The notes beneath the pieces were generated by a model. It was not told the DNA's origin and did not search any database. It was given only the letters and a program-made list of their open reading frames with translations. From NCBI RefSeq assembly GCF_000150275.1, contig NW_002060954.1:1860001-1924000 (forward strand): a stretch of 64,000 bases of DNA, read 5' to 3'. The translations under genes and the position numbers were made by a program. The stretch's first letter is position 1. Every line of letters begins with the position of its first letter. Positions 55,001 to 64,000 of the stretch are shown here, in pieces. The DNA is from Trichoplax adhaerens. Taxonomy: Eukaryota > Animalia > Placozoa.

Positions 55001-55359
55001 TGTTATTAAGTTCCTTATGAGCTTGCTATGGCATATTTATTCATTTTGTAAATATGATACACATTTAGGGCATTGAAGCTCTAAAAAGTAATAAGGATGG
55101 AGTTCAAAAGAAGGCTTGGTACGATTGCTATTACTATAAATTCACTACAGCGGCAATGTTAATCTCTATAAATATTTTGATCAGAAGGACTTTTTATCAA
55201 AGATCAATATATGATGAAGCTTTGCAATTTTTTAAAAATTAATTTAGGCTTATGAACTTTAAAGAAGTCTTTGGTGGGTCATTTTCACTTCTATGGTTTT
55301 CTCCTTTTAATTCAGTTCATTACAGGGGGAAAGAAGATGCAATGCATTACATAGTGTAG
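52073..55359 (+). CDS. ZDHHC3: DHHC palmitoyltransferase, ZDHHC3/7 (GODZ) type, ~9 exons
   Basis: [14 protein letters not shown]|[22 protein letters not shown]|RVCNRCI|RKMDHHCPW|[32 protein letters not shown]|[19 protein letters not shown]. Stop at 55357-55359. Confidence 0.93.
53060..53089. mobile_element. 30-bp inverted-repeat mini-element with 7-bp target-site duplication (P-element-like termini suspected)
   Basis: GTAAAAC|CACGGACCACTAAAAAGAAATTAGTCCGTG|GTAAAAC; TIR CACGGAC/GTCCGTG. Confidence 0.6.
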
Positions 55360-56798
55360 TTGACGCTACAGTTTTGTATTTGGCAACTCTTCGTCATAAA
55401 CGGTTACTAGAGGGCGTATGGTAGCCTGCTACAGACGTCTATTTCCTCTAAATAGGAGTAAATTTCGCTGAATTATAGATATATATTGTTACCGAGGGTA
55501 CAATTCTTTTATGATTAATAATTTCAAAAACATACTATTTTTAAGACTCAGTAATTGGTACAGTACGGTACTAGTTTTATCGCGACATTGATAGATTTTT
55601 AGATTTTTTACAGTATCATTCTGTATTTCGCCGGGGACTCGCATGTTTGGCAATGAAAAGCCGAAAGAACGTATCATATATTGTTGGAAATATCGTTAAT
55701 ATGATGTAACGATTTATTTAACAATAACACGTTATGCTAACCTTATGTAATCCGTACCAGATACGTATTTATTACTATTGTAGTGATTAAAAGTTCGTAG
55801 AAGAGACCTATAGCATACGATGCGGATAAGTTCCAGTACTATCTTGTTACGATATTTGAGGTATCATTGAAAACACTTGCGAACATTGCAAATTTGAGTT
55901 GTAGTATATGCACCGTAGTTTCGCTATTTCATTTCACGGATTTGTTGTGGTGTAAAGAGCTGTTTCGATATTGTAGCCCTAAAATTAATTATTTTAAATT
56001 AATTATTATGTATAGACGCTTATTGCTGCACATTCCGTTCAATGTAACTCGGCTATGAAAGATGTACAGTAGATGATACTAGAGGTAGACTGTAGAGCTT
56101 ACAGAATCTCTTTTATTTGTACTACTAGTATCTGTGCATTTTGTATCCAAATCAAATCAATAAAATGTTAGGAACTCATAAAGGAAATGCGAACATTACA
56201 TCAAGAAATTACAACGTGACAGTGAATAAACAATTGAAGTGGTAGTACTACAGCTGGTGCGTGATAGTAGATATCTTCAATATGTAATAGTTGTATGCAT
56301 TTGCAGTATATGCCTAAATCCATATCACCCTAATTAAGCAGAGTGGGGATTGAGTTTGAGTTAGCTAGACAACGGGAGTATAGTATACTGTACGCTTACA
56401 ATACAGATCGTAAGATACGGCCAACTGTGATAAGGCGTCTAGTAACTGTTGTCACATGCATATAAAGGCATACGTATAATGCAATCAGGATCGGATTTCA
56501 GTAATTTCGTCGTCATGCGGCATAGACGATACCCGTACAGCAAACCATCGTTTGTGCAATACGATTAGAAACGAATCCTGGGTACTAATCTCTGGAAGTA
56601 GTCACAACTATTCGAGAACGTGATTGTTTTTATTGCGAATCACCAATTCTGGGTTTGAAGATTTATTTGGATGAGAAATAGCGCTACAATAAAATATATA
56701 TACATTATTTTCCATTTATAAATCAAGCTGTACAGTATAACCTCCTCTTACAAAGTTATGGTAATGACTAATTTAATGTGAATGGGAAATCTTTGTTG

Positions 56799-58125
56799 CT
56801 AGTCAATATGAACGCGTGTTTCCTTAGTCTCAACATGACAACGGTCGCTATGAATGATACCTAATCCTACAATCATTAAAAATGCTCCTAAGCACCACAT
56901 CTTCGATAGGTATTCCTTGAATATGACATAGCCTAAAAGAGCCTAAATATAAAGAAGCAATTAATGTGCAGTAGCTCGTGATTTAGAGGATTTTGATGCA
57001 AAAGATCTTATAACAGTTTTAATTACTACAAAAATAATGTTAATAGACCAAAAATAGTAATTAACAACAGGCAGTGCTAAAAACAGGCAAATTAATTTGT
57101 AATAAGACGTGAAGAACATAAATGCTAGTATTAATGCTTAACTATAAATAGTCAACACAACGCACATTATACTTTTCGGAACCATAATAAAATGGATTGA
57201 CGATATATGCATATCGAAACGGATCAACATGACACCTGAATATCAGTGATTTGTAACTGTTCGATTTAAAATTGTACTCTACGTTGAATACCCAGGGTAT
57301 AGTCAATTAGTCATACAAAAATTCTAAACGTTATGAAACTTCACAGTTATTATTCGTACTTACACTCGCTATGAAATTGATGGCACTGCTTATGACTGTA
57401 GCTTGTAAAGAAGTGCGGAATTGATTTAAAGCTTTGACGAAAAAGGTCCACATAATTGCATTCGATAGAAAAAATCCTCCTATACAGATTGCCCTCAGAC
57501 ACCACCAAATCTAACGCACAATACCATGTGTAAATAACAGATTACCCTTAATGAATACGTATATTGACACGCATTTCATTTACTATACTGTAGATTGCAA
57601 CAATTTCGGACTTGATCACATTATGTACAATGTGGGATAGAATTATCATTTTGGTAAGTTAAATTCACATTCATAGCAAGCCTGATTCTAGCTTCAATTT
57701 CCAACAGCTGTACAATAGTAACTTAAATTCTACAAATCTATCAACAAAACAATACAGTAGGAATTATGTTCATGTTGGTGACGGCGTGAAAGCTGTAAAG
57801 AAGTTAATGGTACACAAGACTTATCAGCTGTTGCGTCTTCTCAGAAATTACTGTGGCCATGGTACTTGGCATATTCTTAAACTGTACCCTACCGTTTTGC
57901 ACTACATATCGTATTCTGTAAAATACTTAAGCTAATCAGGGAAAGATAGGCACCAGCATAGTGCATCAAAAGCTATACCTTAGTACAGTTTTTCGATGAA
58001 ATTTCTATCCAAGCAGTACAAAGATAATCCTTCATGATATGATCGTCATAGAAGGCTAATTTCATAAACATTGATGCAAAGGCAGCACTTAGGCCAGCCA
58101 ATGAGGCCAATAGAAAGCCTAACAT
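56799..58125 (-). CDS. TMEM42: Transmembrane protein 42 (DMT/EamA-like small membrane protein), 3 exons, 145 aa
   Basis: Exons 57979-58125, 57364-57510, 56799-56942 give LAGLSAAFAS.FMKLAF, NAIMWTFFVKAL..TSLQATV.SSAINF, ALLGYVIFKE..MWCLG..LMIVGL.IIH. Confidence 0.88.
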
Positions 58126-58374
58126 CGTACTGTCCAATATTGCTAACGGAAAAGTACTTCTTACTGTATGATACAAGTGGGTGTAGGGTATTTCCGGCAG
58201 TGTACTAATTTTGTTCCAATAGATCAATAAACGGCTGACTTTAATGTTAGCGATGGAACGAGCACAGAGTTTCCTGTTTCCTTTTTACCTCTATGCATGT
58301 GAGCGCAAGCGTAGTACCAAAAGAGCATGCAAAAGTTTCCTATTTGATTATGTCATGAGTGAACGGTGGTGAAC

Positions 58375-58505
58375 AGGCGTAATTGCAACCCGTGGGATTT
58401 TTGTTACCCGGGTACCTCGTTTCCTACCATCAATATAAAAATTGCCCGGGTACATATTGTACCCGGGTATTTTAACCAAGTATGGAAACCCGGGTGCAAT
58501 CCCTA
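58375..58505. mobile_element. Degenerate MITE-like relic with CCCGGG(T) internal repeats
   Basis: Four CCCGGG(T) motifs in about 100 bp of otherwise AT-rich DNA. Right end CCCGGGTGCAATCCCTA is partly mirrored by left ATTGCAACCCG. No TSD found. Confidence 0.4.
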
Positions 58506-58799
58506 TAAGTAGCTTCAGGCATGCAATAGTGTACTGTACGGTATGACACCCGTGATGACTGTAGCAAGTAGCAACTACGTATTCACTGTTCATTCATGAC
58601 ATAATCAAATAGGGAACTTTGAGAAGCAGGAGCTTGTTTGTACGAGAATTTTCCTGTTCGAAGTCGTTGATAAATGAAGTGAAATCTTTTTCTGTACAGT
58701 ACTTAACAATAACAGCAGATTTACTGGTACAGGAGGATGCAGGAAATCCGAAATTTATGTCAAAGGGAACAATACTCATACAGTACCTATTCGGTGTAG

Positions 58800-59710
58800 A
58801 GTACTGTATACTATATCGTCATCTAAAGCCAGATCTACCAACTACTGTACTGTACATTAACGAGGAGATTCCATCACCATTGAATGAATGTACAGTACTG
58901 TATACTGTACTGTAGAGTATTACAGTACATAGTACTGTAGTGTGTACATATGCTAGAGGTGCGTATTGGTGGCACCGTTAATAGTACGTACTGTTGTTTA
59001 CGGTGTGACCATGTGACAGACGTATCGCACGGTACTATACAGTACATGTACTGTAGTCTACAGAACTACAGTACTGTACTGTACAGTAACTGATCGCTTA
59101 TACTGTACTGTACACCTACAGTACAGTACGTATTACGTAGACTACCATTACCATGCCTCAGGTACGGGTGCAGCTACCAGTCGGGTAGGCGGAAGAGACA
59201 AGAGAAGTTACGGTTGAAAAGAGAGTGTGGCTCTTTGCGTTACATACAGTACTTTATAGTACAGTACTGTGGCCAGATTGCCCGCATCCCTCAGTGTACA
59301 GTATAGTACTTTCACTTGTGCACTAGTGGTACAGTATACTGTAAAAACAGGATAGAATGTGAAAAGAAAGGGTTTCTTGTTCAAAATGCCAAAAGCATAG
59401 AAAACTTGACTTGACACTTGATTTTATTGTGCCACGAGACGGAGTCATTCAGGGTGCAGTACTTTGTACTGTTGATCTTGTTCTCAGGATACTGTACACT
59501 GTAAGTGATTCATCGCTGCAGTACTGGATGTACTGTTGATGGTTGATGCTCTAGGGAATAGTCCGCTGTCCAGTAAAGTACTGCACTGTCTTGACTGATT
59601 CTTCTTACAAAAGCGTCATCATCCAAGTACTGTACAGTGTACTGTATTTGCTGTACTGTGCTGTACTTCTGTCAAGAACAGACTGTACAGTACTGCACAA
59701 GTACAGTACC
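58800..59710. promoter_or_regulatory. Extended (GTACW)n arrays between TMEM42 and Rab2
   Basis: Blocks at ~58800-59130, 59241-59345, 59455-59710. TCAGTT at 59741; Rab2 ATG at 59904. Confidence 0.5.
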
Positions 59711-59903
59711 AAGAGTACCGTGGTGACGTAGTAAGTACGGTCAGTTACTCAGGCTGCGACGTCGTACTGACTCTCTTTTACAGCGCTGTGGACGTATTTC
59801 AACCAACCTTATTGATCATCGGTTTAATCTGGATCGTTTTACTCGCCGTTACAAAGCGAAAAATTTCTCGACATTTAGATTTTGTTTTATCGAATTATAG
59901 ACT

Positions 59904-63997
<4,094 letters not shown>

Positions 63998-64000
63998 GTA

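Overview
AT-rich, intron-containing eukaryotic (animal) DNA. The compact GT-AG introns, ciliary genes and a single-exon 42-aa-TPR giant suggest a placozoan such as Trichoplax (inference, not verified). Gene order: 3' part of WDR88 (+); intronless ~28-repeat TPR protein (+); outer-arm dynein heavy chain DNAH5/8 (-), 23 coding exons, the last holding 8.4 kb; orphan membrane-anchored P-loop protein (+); NDRG (-); EMC8/9 (+); intronless cytochrome b5 (-); nodulin-like MFS transporter (-); ZDHHC3/7 (+); TMEM42 (-); first four exons of Rab2 (+). The main unexplained signal is a family of degenerate (GTACW)n arrays with a 5-bp period. They lie upstream of the housekeeping-type genes, in three cases ending about 30-40 nt before an Inr-like TCAGTY, and are absent at the dynein, TPR and P-loop genes. 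Extra arrays at 44.9-46.3 kb suggest a hidden transcription unit. Other highlights: extreme 3'-polar intron absence in the dynein, DHHC catalytic motif on micro-exons, two tiny TSD-flanked DNA-transposon derivatives, a candidate signal-peptide micro-protein gene, and apparent ancient synteny (ZDHHC3-TMEM42). All exon structures were read by eye.
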